Part shown: one piece after another, positions 47,301 to 56,779 of the stretch
Numbering within the stretch: the first letter of the stretch is position 1
Layout of the letters: each line of letters opens with the position of its first letter
Source of the DNA: Dehalococcoidia bacterium
GTDB lineage: Bacteria; Chloroflexota; Dehalococcoidia; Bin125
Length of the DNA stretch: 64,000 bases
Assembly (NCBI GenBank): GCA_963663235.2
Contig: CAXXNO010000006.1
Coordinates: forward strand, 224,001 to 288,000
Direction: 5' to 3'
Made by a program: the position numbers and the translations under genes
Notes under the pieces: generated by a model
What the model was told of the DNA's origin: nothing
Database searches by the model: none
Seen by the model: the letters and a program-made list of their open reading frames with translations, nothing else

Positions 47301-48086
47301 CTCCGTGCCGGCGGCGGCCTGCTGTTCGCTGCGCCGTTGGTCGTGGGTGGCGCGCAGGAGCGCTAGTTGGTCGCCGAGGCGACGCCACTCGCGGCCGTAC
47401 CAGTCGCTCAGTGCGCGCTGGAACTCGGCCTGGCCCTCCGCGTACTTGAGGGCGCGCTTGGCTTGCCGCTCCAGCGTGCGGACGCGGGGTGCGATCTCGT
47501 CGGCGACCAGGCGCACGCGGGCGAGATTTTCGTGCGTCTCTTCGCGCTTCTTGCGAGCCTCGTCCATCTTGAGGCGGTAGCGGCGCACATTCGCCACCTC
47601 TTCGATGAGAGCGCGGCGCTCCTCCGGGCGGAGGCGCAGGACTTCCTCCACCAACCCCTGGCCCATGACGGCGTAGGAGCCGGGGCCGAGGCCGCTGCGG
47701 AGGAAAAGATCTTGGAGGTCGCGCAGGCGCACCTTGTTGTCGTTGATCCAGAACTCGGAATCGCCGTCGCGGTGGACGCGCCGGGCGACGGTCACCTCCG
47801 TGAAGTCGAGCGGCAGCCAGCCGTCTTCATTGTTCAGCGTGATACGAACCTCCGCCATCCCGGCGGGCGGCCGCTGCTCGGAGCCCGCAAAGATGACGTC
47901 TTCCAAGCGGCGGGTGCGAAGCGCCTTGCCGGCGCCTTCGCCCAGGACCCAGCGGAGGGCATCGGTGATGTTGGACTTACCAGAGCCGTTGGGCCCGACG
48001 ACGGCGGTGATGCCGGCGTCGACATCGATCACCGTGCGAGCAGCGAAGGACTTGTAGCCGTGGATCTCCAGGCGCTTGAGGTGCAT
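44370..48086 (-). CDS. smc: chromosome segregation protein SMC
   Basis: GYKSF, GPNGSGKSN, coiled coils with hinge, LSGGE, DEVDAALD, ITH. Confidence 0.97.
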   Translation of the reverse strand: MHLKRLEIHGYKSFAARTVIDVDAGITAVVGPNGSGKSNITDALRWVLGEGAGKALRTRRLEDVIFAGSEQRPPAGMAEVRITLNNEDGWLPLDFTEVTVARRVHRDGDSEFWINDNKVRLRDLQDLFLRSGLGPGSYAVMGQGLVEEVLRLRPEERRALIEEVANVRRYRLKMDEARKKREETHENLARVRLVADEIAPRVRTLERQAKRALKYAEGQAEFQRALSDWYGREWRRLGDQLALLRATHDQRRSEQQAAAGTEVDAETALSDCERQLRDARLTADRAETEERRRVDDLRRLEQERAVLQERQRLLTDRAAELRRDLAALDRDDDRTLDEPPAAPPDPAVGEAVTETEAALDAARRRLAAIEAEQETLRGRSAAAQERLSRLDAAGRENDTRLARIATEIEQIEAQASVWEQRRRLLEDARAQADDGVARADESTKAAAAAAAEARRTREDLAQRSYGAAAFLRNLEASRSDRERRLARARDRLQLLRELQAEAEGMKQGLRALFGARGVPRGDEPTGIPGVLGVVRHLLRAPRGLERAIEAALEDYVDAVVFEKTDDALQVIQALLRERAGRIVTLPLESLGRRSPPALQPEPGVLGTAASLVQCNERFRPLIDTILGRTIVTEDIETARKILTRGFGSVVTRDGQLLRPIGAIIGGEVGETGSFTRESELQSLPAEITELERSLKDAGEIDVHRAELEQLEHHLADAERDVEAAIDARAQALDEAAVVRADTARLRGDLEASQAEGERAQERREALRLEEAALRAESENRAAEVAALEAGRPAVSHLEEADRRRRAQAQLVGEAEARHAVQAGRLETLRAAVRARDAAQSRVREQRRDRSERLAEVEAELSQITATLEQRQRDLEQLRAARDTAVADRTPESEALARVTDLEATRRQDLQAAQRTLLATDRALLSAEAAFQEGEAVRNRLREAMRADGFDADDRGAITALDADANAAAAVAFAPPAAGQAPPPAPAPAGAAAAVAELRLGSNGGAAGEEKEEEQTPLLSDQDLRARVDELRTSLRRLGNVNPDAAAEFAELRDRYDYLTGQVADLEGAEQRMRDAETELSDLIRGSFRESFTAVDAQFRRYFQTMFRGGKAKLILVDDDWDGGGIEIEAQPPGKRLKTMAMLSGGERSLTAIALLFAMLDVNPAPFCVLDEVDAALDEANVGRFVDALKQLAPRTQFVVITHNRRTIEQADTIYGITMGEDSASRVLSVRLAELNLPD

Positions 48087-48826
48087 CAGGGACGCACAGC
48101 CTCCGGGAGGCGGCGGAGCGCCGCCTCGGCGGCGTTCTTCTCGGCCGCCTGCTTGCTCTTGCCCTCACCGGCGCCGAGGATCCGACCTTCCAGGCGGACC
48201 TGCACGCGAAACTCGCGCTGGTGAGGCGGTCCCCGCTCCTCGATGGTGTGATAGGTCGGGGTTGCGCGCCACTGTCCTTGGCAGGCCTCCTGGAGGAGGC
48301 TCTTGGGGTCGCGCTCCAGGCCGGCCACGGAGATGGTGGTCAGCTCCGCAGCGAGCGCTTGGAGGATGAGCCGTTGGGCCGTGCGCAAGCCGCCGTCGAG
48401 GTAGAGCGCGCCGATCACGGCTTCGAACGTGCGTCCCAGGATGGTCGGCCGGCTGCGGCCGCTCTGCGTCTCGACGCCCTTGCCGAGCACGAGACAGCGT
48501 CCGAGATCGTAGTCCTCGGCCAGAATCGCCAGCATCTCGTTGCGCACGAGACGCGAGCGCGCCTCTGTCAGCCAGCCCTCGGCGGCGGCAGGATAGTCAT
48601 CGTAGAGTCGACGGGAGATGACCAACTCGAGCACGGCGTCGCCGATGAACTCGAGGCGTTCGTTGGACTCGATCAACTCCGTGGGATTCTCGCTGAGGTA
48701 GGAGCGGTGGATCAGAGCCTGATGGAGGAGGGCGGGCCGCTTGAAGCGGTGGCCGAGACGACGCTGGAGCGCAGCGGCCGACCGGCCAGCGCGGGCGCGG
48801 CCCGCGACCGCAGTCGAGGGCGTCAT
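48086..48826 (-). CDS. rnc: ribonuclease III
   Basis: [12 protein letters not shown] signature, [11 protein letters not shown], dsRBD (DPKS.LQE, GPPH, SKQAAE). Confidence 0.97.
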   Translation of the reverse strand: MTPSTAVAGRARAGRSAAALQRRLGHRFKRPALLHQALIHRSYLSENPTELIESNERLEFIGDAVLELVISRRLYDDYPAAAEGWLTEARSRLVRNEMLAILAEDYDLGRCLVLGKGVETQSGRSRPTILGRTFEAVIGALYLDGGLRTAQRLILQALAAELTTISVAGLERDPKSLLQEACQGQWRATPTYHTIEERGPPHQREFRVQVRLEGRILGAGEGKSKQAAEKNAAEAALRRLPEAVRP

Positions 48827-48968
48827 GACATCCGCCTCTCGGCGCGGGAGCGCGCTACAGAGAGCCGGGGCGCCGCAACCGCCAGACTACAACTCACCTG
48901 CCTAAGCACTTTCGCAGTTTAGCCCTTATCATCGCGCGACCGCCAGCCGTGTTATGAGGATAGACGAT

Positions 48969-50315
48969 ATGGAACAGGTTCCCTCCGCGGAGCAGCTCTT
49001 GAGCCGGCTGCGGCGGCGCCTCAGCCCGCCGGCTCGGCGTCTCCTTGCGTTATGTCGCGAAAGCGCCAGCGCCCGGGGCGAGGCGCTCTACCTGGTGGGG
49101 GGAGCGCTCCGCGATCTCCTGCGAGCCGGCGGAGCCGCGGACGAGGCGCCGGAGCTGGACCTGGCGCTGGAGGGCGACGCGGCGGCGCTGGCCCGCGCCG
49201 TGGCCGCCGCCAGCGGCGCCACGCTCTTGCTTCACGATAGCTTCATGACAGCGCGAATCACTTTGGGTGAGGCAACGATCGACATCGCCGCCACGCGCAG
49301 CGAGCGCTACCCGCAGCCAGCCGCCCTGCCGGTGGTGCGTCCAGCGCCGATCGAGCACGACCTGACCCGACGGGACTTCAGCGTCAACGCGCTGGCCCTG
49401 AGGCTCACGGGCGAGCAGCCGGCGGAGATCATCGACCCGTGTGGCGGACTGCGCGACCTCAAGGCGGGCCGCATCCGCATCCTGCACGACGCCTCCTTCC
49501 AGGACGATCCCACGCGCATGCTGCGCGCCTGCCGCTATGGCGCGCGCCTCCAGGCGGGGCTCAGCCGAACCACAGCGCAGGCGCTGCGACGCGACGCCGC
49601 CACGGTCCGCCGTCTCAGCTCGGAGCGCTTGGGGACGGAATGGCGACGGCTCCTGGAGGACCGCGCGGCACCCGGAGCGCTGGAGCGGGCGGCCGCGCTC
49701 GGTCTCCCGGCGGCGGCCATCCGCGGCTGGCGGCCGCCGCCGCGGCTGCGACGGGCGTTCAGCGGCCTGGGGGCGAGGCGAAGGCCGGAGCAGTTCTGGG
49801 CGCTGAGCGGCTTGATCGAGGGGGAGAGCGCGGTGGCGGCGGCCTTCACCCATCGTTGCGCGCTGCGACGGGAGGAGCAGGAGGCGCTGGCGGATGGGCA
49901 AAGGCTGCGGCGCCTGCAGCAATGGCTGGGCCGTCCTGGCCTGCGGCCCAGCGCGGCCGCGTCCGCGCTGCGTCCGATGGCGGAGCCGGCGCTCGTGGCC
50001 GCCGCCGCCCTGTGGCGGGGTCGCGCCGCGCAGAGCGTGGAACGGTTCCGCGGCGAGTGGCGGCCGGTCGAGTCGCCGCTGGCGGCGGAGGCGCTGCTGG
50101 AGCTGGGCGTGCCGCACGGACCGGAGATCGGGGCCTGGCTGACGGCGCTGCGCGACGCCCGCCTGGACGGGGCGTTGGCGCCGGGTCGGGCCGGTACCGC
50201 CGCAGCCAAGCGCTGGGTAGAATCGAGTCCGACCGGCGATCGGGCCAGACGTCCCGGGATCGCCACCCGTCCACCGCTCCGGCGCGCGACGCGAAAGGGG
50301 AGCCGTACCCGGTGA
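48969..50315 (+). CDS. class II tRNA nucleotidyltransferase (CCA/A-adding-like)
   Basis: VGGALRD, ELD, RRDFSVNALA, DDPTRMLR, LGVPHGPEIG; start 48954 or 48969. Confidence 0.85.
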   Translation: MEQVPSAEQLLSRLRRRLSPPARRLLALCRESASARGEALYLVGGALRDLLRAGGAADEAPELDLALEGDAAALARAVAAASGATLLLHDSFMTARITLGEATIDIAATRSERYPQPAALPVVRPAPIEHDLTRRDFSVNALALRLTGEQPAEIIDPCGGLRDLKAGRIRILHDASFQDDPTRMLRACRYGARLQAGLSRTTAQALRRDAATVRRLSSERLGTEWRRLLEDRAAPGALERAAALGLPAAAIRGWRPPPRLRRAFSGLGARRRPEQFWALSGLIEGESAVAAAFTHRCALRREEQEALADGQRLRRLQQWLGRPGLRPSAAASALRPMAEPALVAAAALWRGRAAQSVERFRGEWRPVESPLAAEALLELGVPHGPEIGAWLTALRDARLDGALAPGRAGTAAAKRWVESSPTGDRARRPGIATRPPLRRATRKGSRTR

Positions 50316-50659
50316 CGCTGCCCTCTTCCCGAAGCAGGCCGGAGTCGAGTGAGGGCGTCTGCACCGTCTGCGCGGAGCCCCTGGACGACAGCAACTCCGC
50401 CTACTGCTCGCGCTGCGGCCAGCGCTTCCACCTGCAACTCAGCAACGCCGGAACGACGCCGGAGAGCAAGGACTGCGGCGCGGTGTGGGTCAACGACGAG
50501 AGCATGGCGCTAGAGTTCGGCTGCCAGCGCTGTCTGGACGCACTGCAAGGCGAAGCGCCGCCGCCAGCCGCTCCCGAGGCGGGGTCCGCGCGCGAGTCAC
50601 CGCGCGCGAAGCGCCGCGGCGGGCGGGCGCGGGACATTGTGCGGCGCAAGCGGCGCTGA
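50312..50659 (+). CDS. small Cys4-His-Cys3 zinc-finger protein with basic tail
   Basis: CTVC, CSRC-GQRF-H, C, CQRC; GTG overlaps the upstream TGA and follows a GGGGAG RBS. Confidence 0.75.
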   Translation: MTLPSSRSRPESSEGVCTVCAEPLDDSNSAYCSRCGQRFHLQLSNAGTTPESKDCGAVWVNDESMALEFGCQRCLDALQGEAPPPAAPEAGSARESPRAKRRGGRARDIVRRKRR

Positions 50660-50674
50660 CGAGGGAGCGCGAGA

Positions 50675-51034
50675 GTGCCGAGACGGCGCCGGCGGAGGCG
50701 GAGAAGCGCGGGGGCGGGAGGCGCAGGCGCGTCAGCGGGCGAGGCGGAGCCCGGCGTCGCGCGGGCGCCCCTGCGGCGGGCGTGGTGGGTCCCCACCAGC
50801 GGTGTTTTCATCGCCTTCTTTCTTGGTCTGTGGCTGGGCGGAACCCTCTCGGTCACCGAGACCGCCAGCGGGGTGGCCCTAATCGTCGGCGCGCTGGGCA
50901 GCGGCCTGGGGCTGGCGCGCGTGATGGGGCGCGGGCGGGCGCGGCGGCTCAGCGCGCGCCGACGGGCGGCGGGGGAGCCAGCGCACGTGCACACGCGCAA
51001 ACGCGGAGCAGGCGCGGCCACAGACGAACCCTAG
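50675..51034 (+). CDS. small two-TM membrane protein
   Basis: Two hydrophobic helices; start uncertain. Confidence 0.55.
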   Translation: MPRRRRRRRRSAGAGGAGASAGEAEPGVARAPLRRAWWVPTSGVFIAFFLGLWLGGTLSVTETASGVALIVGALGSGLGLARVMGRGRARRLSARRRAAGEPAHVHTRKRGAGAATDEP

Positions 51035-51053
51035 TTCCCGTCCCCCCGTCCTC

Positions 51054-51542
51054 TCACAAAAGGTCCCGCACCATCCAGGCTCCCGAGCCTTCCCGCGGCC
51101 AGGGCGCGACCGGGAGGGGCCGGTAGCCTAACCGCAGCCAGAAGTAGAAAGCGACGCCGTTGGAGCCGGGCACGAGCACGCGCGCCCGCCGCGCATCTTG
51201 GCGGCGCGCCGCGCGCTCCACGAGCGGGACGGCCGCCGCCGCGATACCCCGCAGCCGCCAGAGGGCGCCGACGGCCAGCCAAGTCCAGATCAGATCGTGA
51301 TGATCGAGACGGGCGGCCAGCGCGCCCACCACATCGTCGCTCTCAGCGTGGGGCAGCGCGATCCAATAGCCGCGATCACCAGCGCCCAGGCGATCAGGCA
51401 AGGAGCAGTCGCCTTGAGCGGAGAGGGCGCGCTCGGCGTCGGCGAGCCAGCGCGGCGGCGAATCGGCGGGACGGATGGCGCGCAGCCGGAGCCGTTTCGC
51501 GCGCAGCCGCGGCGGCCACGGCGCCCGCGGAGGGGCGTTCAT
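51054..51542 (-). CDS. GNAT-family acetyltransferase
   Basis: LAV...WRLRGIA acetyl-CoA motif, N.VA.YFW.RLGY; ATGA overlap with dinG. Confidence 0.75.
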   Translation of the reverse strand: MNAPPRAPWPPRLRAKRLRLRAIRPADSPPRWLADAERALSAQGDCSLPDRLGAGDRGYWIALPHAESDDVVGALAARLDHHDLIWTWLAVGALWRLRGIAAAAVPLVERAARRQDARRARVLVPGSNGVAFYFWLRLGYRPLPVAPWPREGSGAWMVRDLL

Positions 51543-54364
51543 CGATGCAACCACTCCGCGGCAAACGAAGCGAGATCCCGCGCCGGGAGGCGACGCACGC
51601 TCACGGGCGGCAGCGAGCGGACAAAGGCCTCGCCGTAGCCCTTGGCGGTGATACGTCCATCCAGCACGACCACAACGCCGCGATCATCGCGGCGGCGGAT
51701 GAGACGGCCGAACCCCTGCCGGAAGCGCACGATCGCCCGCGGCAGCGAGTACTCGCGAAACGAATCCTCGAAGAGCTCGGAGCGCGCCGCAAAGACGGGG
51801 TCAGTCGGCACAGAGAACGGCAGCCGCGCAATCACCACCAGCGAGACGCTGGGGCCGGGCATATCGACGCCCTCCCACAGCGAGGCGGTCCCCAACACGG
51901 CGGCGCGGGGGTTCTCCGCCAGCGTGCTCAGCAGACGGGCGGGTGCGCCGTCGATCCCCTGCGCCAAGACGAGGATGCCCGCCTCCTGCAAGGGGCGGCG
52001 GATGGCCTTGGCGGCGGCGCGCAGCGCCGCGTGGGAGGTGAAGAGCGCCAAGGCGCGGCCTTCGCTCGCCAGGATCAAGTCGATGAGCATCTCCTGCACG
52101 GCATGGCCGTAGGCGGGGTCGGCCGGCCCGGGGACATCGGTGGGCAGCAACAGAGTGACCGCGCGCCGGTAGTCGAACGGCGATCCGAAGCGGGCCTCGT
52201 CCGCCTCCTCCAGTCCCACGCTGTGCCGCAGGAAGTCGAAGCGGCCCTCGGCGGAGAGGGTCGCGCCGGTCAGCACGACGCATCGCCGGCGGCCGAACAA
52301 CTGCTCGGTCAACAGATCCGCCACGCGCAGGGGCGCCGCGCTGATCCGGATGGCACCCGTGCGGGCGGAGGCCGTGAGCCACGTGATCAGGGCGTCGTCG
52401 AGCTGGGTCAGCAAGCGGCCGCACTGCTCCGCGCGGTCAGCGAGGAGGTCGCGCAGGGCGTCGACCTCAGCCGCGAGATCCTCCGCATCGGGCAGGGCGC
52501 TGGGGGCGATCTCCAGGAGCGCCTCGTGCAGCCGGTGCAGCCGATCGTCGAGCGCGCGCAGGCGCTCCCAGGCCGACTCCCACACGATCTCCACGCGGCT
52601 CCAGGCGGGCTGTGCGCGACGGCCGGCGGTGAGGCGCAGACGCTGCTCGGCGCCGAAGCGATCGTCCGAGTGCTCGTCCGTGAAGGCGAGCAAGTCAGCG
52701 AAGAGCGAGTCGAGGGCGTCGGCGGCGGCCCGCGTGGCGCCGGGGAGCGCCTCCGCCAGCGCGGCGACATCCGCACACCCCGCAGCCTGCGCCTTGCCGC
52801 GCACGGCAGCCGCGAGGCCAGCGGGCGCGCCGCGCGGCCCGGTGCGGTGGAGCCGCTCCAGCGGCTCGCGGAACGATTCCCCGCTGAACGAAGCGCCCAG
52901 ATGCTGAGTGGCTTCCTCCTCAAGGTGGTGCGCTTCATCGATGATGACGGTGTCGGCGGCGGGGAGCGCCGTGCCGCCGGCCGCGAGGTCGCTGAGCAGC
53001 AGCGCGTGGTTCACCACCACGATGTGCGCCGCCTCGGCGCGGCGGCGGGCACGGAGGAGAAAGCAGGATCCATCGCGCACGAAGGAGCAGGTCCCGCCCG
53101 CCAGGCAATCCTCCCCTTCCGCGCTGAACCGGTTCCAGATGGCGTCCTCGCCGGGCAGGAGACGGAACCCGGCGCGGTCGCCGGTCTCGGTGGTGCGCAG
53201 CCAGAGGAGGATGCGGGCCAGCAGGCGGACGTCGGCAGTGGTGTTCGATTCGGCCCAGCGCTCGGCCAGCAGGCGCCGACGGCAGAGATAGTTGCGCCGC
53301 CCCTTGAGCGGCGCGACCCGCAGGGCGGCCGCGACCTCGGCGCCCACGGCGTCGGCGAGCAGCCGCCGCAAAGCGGGCACATCTTTCTCCAGCACCTGCT
53401 CCTGGAGGTTGATGGTGTTGGTGCTGATGATCACGCGCGCGCCCTCGCGGAGGGCGTAGAGCGCCGCGGGAATGAGATAGGCGAGCGTCTTGCCCGTACC
53501 GGTGCCCGCCTCCACGACCAGGTGCCGACCGGCGCCGAGCGCCTGCGCCACCGCGCGGGTCATGCCGATCTGCTCCGCGCGTTCCTCGAAGGCGCCGAAC
53601 GGCTCGGGATTGCGGGCGCCCGCCGCCAGCACGCGCACGGCGGCATCACCATCGAGCGGGGGCACGGCATCCCCCAGCGCCGGCGGGCGCGAGGGAAGCT
53701 CCGAGGCGTCCACCCCGGTGGCAGGCTCGCCCGGGGGCGCGGGGCGCACACGGCCGGCCGGCCGCAGAACGTCCCGCGCCGGAACGAACTCGCGCAGCAA
53801 CTCGACCAGCGGCCAGTCGGCGCAGGCGCCGAGCGCGAGCAGGTCGGCCAGCAGGTCCGCGGGGAGATCCCGCGCGCTGTGGTAGAGAGCCAGGAAGACC
53901 TGCCGGCTGGTCTCGGCGTCGGCCAGGGCGCGGTGGCGGACGGGCGTCTCCACCCCCAGCCGGCGCGCCAGCGCCTCGAGGTTGTGTTCACGCTCCTGCG
54001 GCTGCAGCAGAGTGGCGAGCTCGAACGTATCGAAGGCGGGGCCGGGCGGGATAATCCCGGCGTCTTCGAGGAAGGCAAGGTCAAAGGCGACGTTGTGGCC
54101 CACGACGGCGGCGTCAGCGATGAACCCTTCGATGTCCAAGCGGACGCTGTCGAAGTGGGGGGCGTCGCGCACGTCGGCGTCGGAGATTCCGGTCAGCTGT
54201 TCGACGACGTAGGGGATCGGCATCCCCGGATTGATCAACGTGCTGAAGGTCGTCTCGACCCGATCAAGGTTGAAGCGCACCGCGCCCACTTCCGTGATGC
54301 GGTCGCGCCCCGGCTTGAGGCCGGTGGTTTCCAGATCGAGAGCGACGAAGGTCCGGGAGGCCAC
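51539..54364 (-). CDS. dinG: DEDDh 3'-5' exonuclease-DinG helicase fusion
   Basis: DLETTG, HNVAFD, HRALAD; GTGTGKT, Fe-S Cys cluster, DEAH, GATL, WEGVD, QGFGRLIR. Confidence 0.93.
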   Translation of the reverse strand: MASRTFVALDLETTGLKPGRDRITEVGAVRFNLDRVETTFSTLINPGMPIPYVVEQLTGISDADVRDAPHFDSVRLDIEGFIADAAVVGHNVAFDLAFLEDAGIIPPGPAFDTFELATLLQPQEREHNLEALARRLGVETPVRHRALADAETSRQVFLALYHSARDLPADLLADLLALGACADWPLVELLREFVPARDVLRPAGRVRPAPPGEPATGVDASELPSRPPALGDAVPPLDGDAAVRVLAAGARNPEPFGAFEERAEQIGMTRAVAQALGAGRHLVVEAGTGTGKTLAYLIPAALYALREGARVIISTNTINLQEQVLEKDVPALRRLLADAVGAEVAAALRVAPLKGRRNYLCRRRLLAERWAESNTTADVRLLARILLWLRTTETGDRAGFRLLPGEDAIWNRFSAEGEDCLAGGTCSFVRDGSCFLLRARRRAEAAHIVVVNHALLLSDLAAGGTALPAADTVIIDEAHHLEEEATQHLGASFSGESFREPLERLHRTGPRGAPAGLAAAVRGKAQAAGCADVAALAEALPGATRAAADALDSLFADLLAFTDEHSDDRFGAEQRLRLTAGRRAQPAWSRVEIVWESAWERLRALDDRLHRLHEALLEIAPSALPDAEDLAAEVDALRDLLADRAEQCGRLLTQLDDALITWLTASARTGAIRISAAPLRVADLLTEQLFGRRRCVVLTGATLSAEGRFDFLRHSVGLEEADEARFGSPFDYRRAVTLLLPTDVPGPADPAYGHAVQEMLIDLILASEGRALALFTSHAALRAAAKAIRRPLQEAGILVLAQGIDGAPARLLSTLAENPRAAVLGTASLWEGVDMPGPSVSLVVIARLPFSVPTDPVFAARSELFEDSFREYSLPRAIVRFRQGFGRLIRRRDDRGVVVVLDGRITAKGYGEAFVRSLPPVSVRRLPARDLASFAAEWLHR

Positions 54365-54449
54365 TGCCTCCCCCCGCCTAGACGCCAGCCTCGGGAGAGG
54401 CGGCGTTGGATGGATGCAGGGTAGCGCAGGGGGCGGTGGGGCAGAGGCG

Positions 54450-54863
54450 TCAGGCCTCGGCGAGATGGGGCAGGAACCAACCGAAGAGGCCGGCGAAGAG
54501 CAGCGCCGCGAACGTCGCGCCGCGCCATGAGGCCGGCCGCAGGGCCCAGGCCGCGGCGAAGGCGAAGGCAGAGAGCGCCAGCACCCCGACGGTGAAGCCA
54601 AGGCTGGGGCTGCCCAGGCCGCCGGAGGCGTTGTCCGACAGGGCCCAGTACGCGCCGCCGAAGAGGAGGCCGATCAGGCCCCACAGCGCCTGCCCGGCGA
54701 GAGCCAACGCCGTCGTGATCCAGGGCAACGATGCGCCGTGAGGAAAGCGGCGCTGGAGCGGAGCCGTCCAGCCCGCCAGGGCGTGCACCTGCGTGGCCAG
54801 CAAGGCGAGCGAGAACACGCCCATGGCGTAGCCGGCGACGAAGCCCGCGAGCAGCGCCTCCAT
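54450..54863 (-). CDS. four-TM membrane protein
   Basis: Hydrophobic helices; lies in the rsmA-ispE-dinG run. Confidence 0.7.
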   Translation of the reverse strand: MEALLAGFVAGYAMGVFSLALLATQVHALAGWTAPLQRRFPHGASLPWITTALALAGQALWGLIGLLFGGAYWALSDNASGGLGSPSLGFTVGVLALSAFAFAAAWALRPASWRGATFAALLFAGLFGWFLPHLAEA

Positions 54864-54866
54864 GGC

Positions 54867-55817
54867 TCAGCCCTCTCCAAGCGACGACGGGGCGACCTCC
54901 TGGATGGCCCAGGCCGAGCGGGCGAACGGCCGGACCAGCCAAGCGCGCCCGCCTTGACCATCAAGCGAAGCGACCGCAGAGGCGAGGCGTTCCGGGTCGC
55001 CCAGGGCGAAGAGGGCGGGGCCGGCGCCGGCGAGGAGCGGCACCGCTCCGAGCGCCGCCGCAAAGCGACGCCGCGCCGGGCGCAGGCCCAGGAGGACCTC
55101 ATCGGCGATGGCGTCAAAGGTGTTGTACACATCGTCCGCGCGCGGCGGGCGGCCGCTCTCCAGGCGAGCGACCAGCGCCCGGGAGGCCCGGCCGCCAGCG
55201 AAATTGGTGGGGCGCAGCGCATGGAACATCGTGGCGGTTTTGGCTTGCGGTAGCGGCAGCTCCGGACTCCAGACGGCGGCGGCCCAATCGTCGGCGGCTG
55301 GAGCCTCGGGCAGCGACCGCACCTTCTCACCGCGCCCCTCCATGACCACCGTGCCGCCGTTGAGGAAGAGGGTCACGTCCGAGCCGATCTCGGCGGCGAG
55401 GGCGGCCAGCTCGGCGTCATCGAGCGCGAGGTTCCACCAGCGCCGCGCCAGGCGGAGGAAGGCGGCGGCATCGCTCGAACCGCCACCGAGCCCGGCGGCG
55501 ACAGGGATGCGCTTCTCCACACGCACCGCGGCACGATCGTCCACGCCGTAGCGATCGATCAGCAGGTCCCAGGCGCGGGCGATCAGCTCCGGTTGCGAGG
55601 GGCCCACTCCCGGAACGGCCAGCGGACGGCCGCCCTCTCCGACGAAGCGCACGCTGCGCCCAGGCGCCGCCTCGATCGTGACGGCGTCCAGCAAGTCCAC
55701 GGTCTGGACCACAGAGACGAGATCGTGAAAGCCGTCCGAGCGACGGCCGAGCACTTCAAGGGTGAGGTTGATCTTGGCCGGCGCCGCGAGGCGCAGGGCG
55801 CCGGCCGAGCGGCTCAC
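54867..55817 (-). CDS. ispE: 4-diphosphocytidyl-2-C-methyl-D-erythritol kinase
   Basis: APAKINL.L.V..RR.DGFH, KRIPVAAGLGGGSSDAAA, GSDV; GTGA overlap with rsmA. Confidence 0.93.
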   Translation of the reverse strand: MSRSAGALRLAAPAKINLTLEVLGRRSDGFHDLVSVVQTVDLLDAVTIEAAPGRSVRFVGEGGRPLAVPGVGPSQPELIARAWDLLIDRYGVDDRAAVRVEKRIPVAAGLGGGSSDAAAFLRLARRWWNLALDDAELAALAAEIGSDVTLFLNGGTVVMEGRGEKVRSLPEAPAADDWAAAVWSPELPLPQAKTATMFHALRPTNFAGGRASRALVARLESGRPPRADDVYNTFDAIADEVLLGLRPARRRFAAALGAVPLLAGAGPALFALGDPERLASAVASLDGQGGRAWLVRPFARSAWAIQEVAPSSLGEG

Positions 55818-56674
55818 GACCGCGCCGTACCGACGAAGGGAGCGGGCGGCGCGGCGGATTCCTCGCGGGACCAGGCCAGCCGGGCCCACTCCTCCAACTC
55901 CAGCGTGCCCGCGCGGCGGCTGGGATCGATGTCGCAGCGCTCGAGCCAGCGCTTGGCCTCGCCCTCGGGCAGCCAGAGCGCCAACGAGAGGGAGTTGTGC
56001 AACTGCTTGCGGGGCGCGCGAAAGCCCGCGCGCACCACCTCGAAGAAGCGGGGCTCGCTGGGCACCTCCACCGCGGGCCGGTCGCGCACGGCTAGGAACA
56101 CGACCGCCGAGCGCACCTGCGGAGGCGGGCGGAAGGCGTCGCGCTCGACATTGAACAGGATCGTGGGCTGGGCGTAGAACTGCACGGAGACGCCGAGCAG
56201 CGATCGCCGGCGCGGCGGGGCGACGAGCTGGAGGGCCACCTCACGCTGCACCATCACCAGCAGCCAACGGGGCCGGGGCCGGGTCTCGCCTAGGAAGCGG
56301 CGGAAGATCGGCGCCGTAATCGCGTAGGGGAGATTGCCCACCACCCCGTAGGGCGCCGCCGCCGCGACCGTCGCCAGCAGATCCTCGGCCGGCAGGTCAA
56401 GGATGTCGCCGTGCACGAGGCGGCAATCGTCGCGCTCGGGGAGACGACCGCGCGTCAGCATCGCCCAGCCCTCGTCGAACTCGACGGCGACCAACGGCCG
56501 CCCGAGCCGGGCGAGCGGCAGGGTGAGGACACCGTCGCCGGCGCCGATCTCGATGAGGGGCAATCCGTCGTCGGGCACGGCGGCGATGATGCTGTCGCAC
56601 ACGGCAGAGTCGCGAAGAAAGTGCTGCCCGAGGCGCGGCCGCCGCCGAGCGCCGCCGCGACGGTTTGCGCTCAT
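55814..56674 (-). CDS. rsmA: 16S rRNA m6,2A dimethyltransferase
   Basis: GQHFL, EIGAG.G.LT, NLPYAI, QREVA, F.PPPQV.S, RK. Confidence 0.95.
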   Translation of the reverse strand: MSANRRGGARRRPRLGQHFLRDSAVCDSIIAAVPDDGLPLIEIGAGDGVLTLPLARLGRPLVAVEFDEGWAMLTRGRLPERDDCRLVHGDILDLPAEDLLATVAAAAPYGVVGNLPYAITAPIFRRFLGETRPRPRWLLVMVQREVALQLVAPPRRRSLLGVSVQFYAQPTILFNVERDAFRPPPQVRSAVVFLAVRDRPAVEVPSEPRFFEVVRAGFRAPRKQLHNSLSLALWLPEGEAKRWLERCDIDPSRRAGTLELEEWARLAWSREESAAPPAPFVGTARS

Positions 56675-56779
56675 GCCCGGCTCCCGCCGATGGAACGGGA
56701 ACCGCGGCCAGCGCGAGAAAAGGAAAGGAGAGGAGGGGGACTCACCGAACCGAATCGCAGCAGTGGGACGGCGAAGGGA

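Noticed and set aside
51545-54424. 959-aa plus-strand ORF
   Set aside because: Antisense shadow of dinG
54365-54601. N-terminal extension of the dinG ORF
   Set aside because: Overlaps the upstream membrane gene; GGAGG plus GTG at 54364 directly precedes the exonuclease motif
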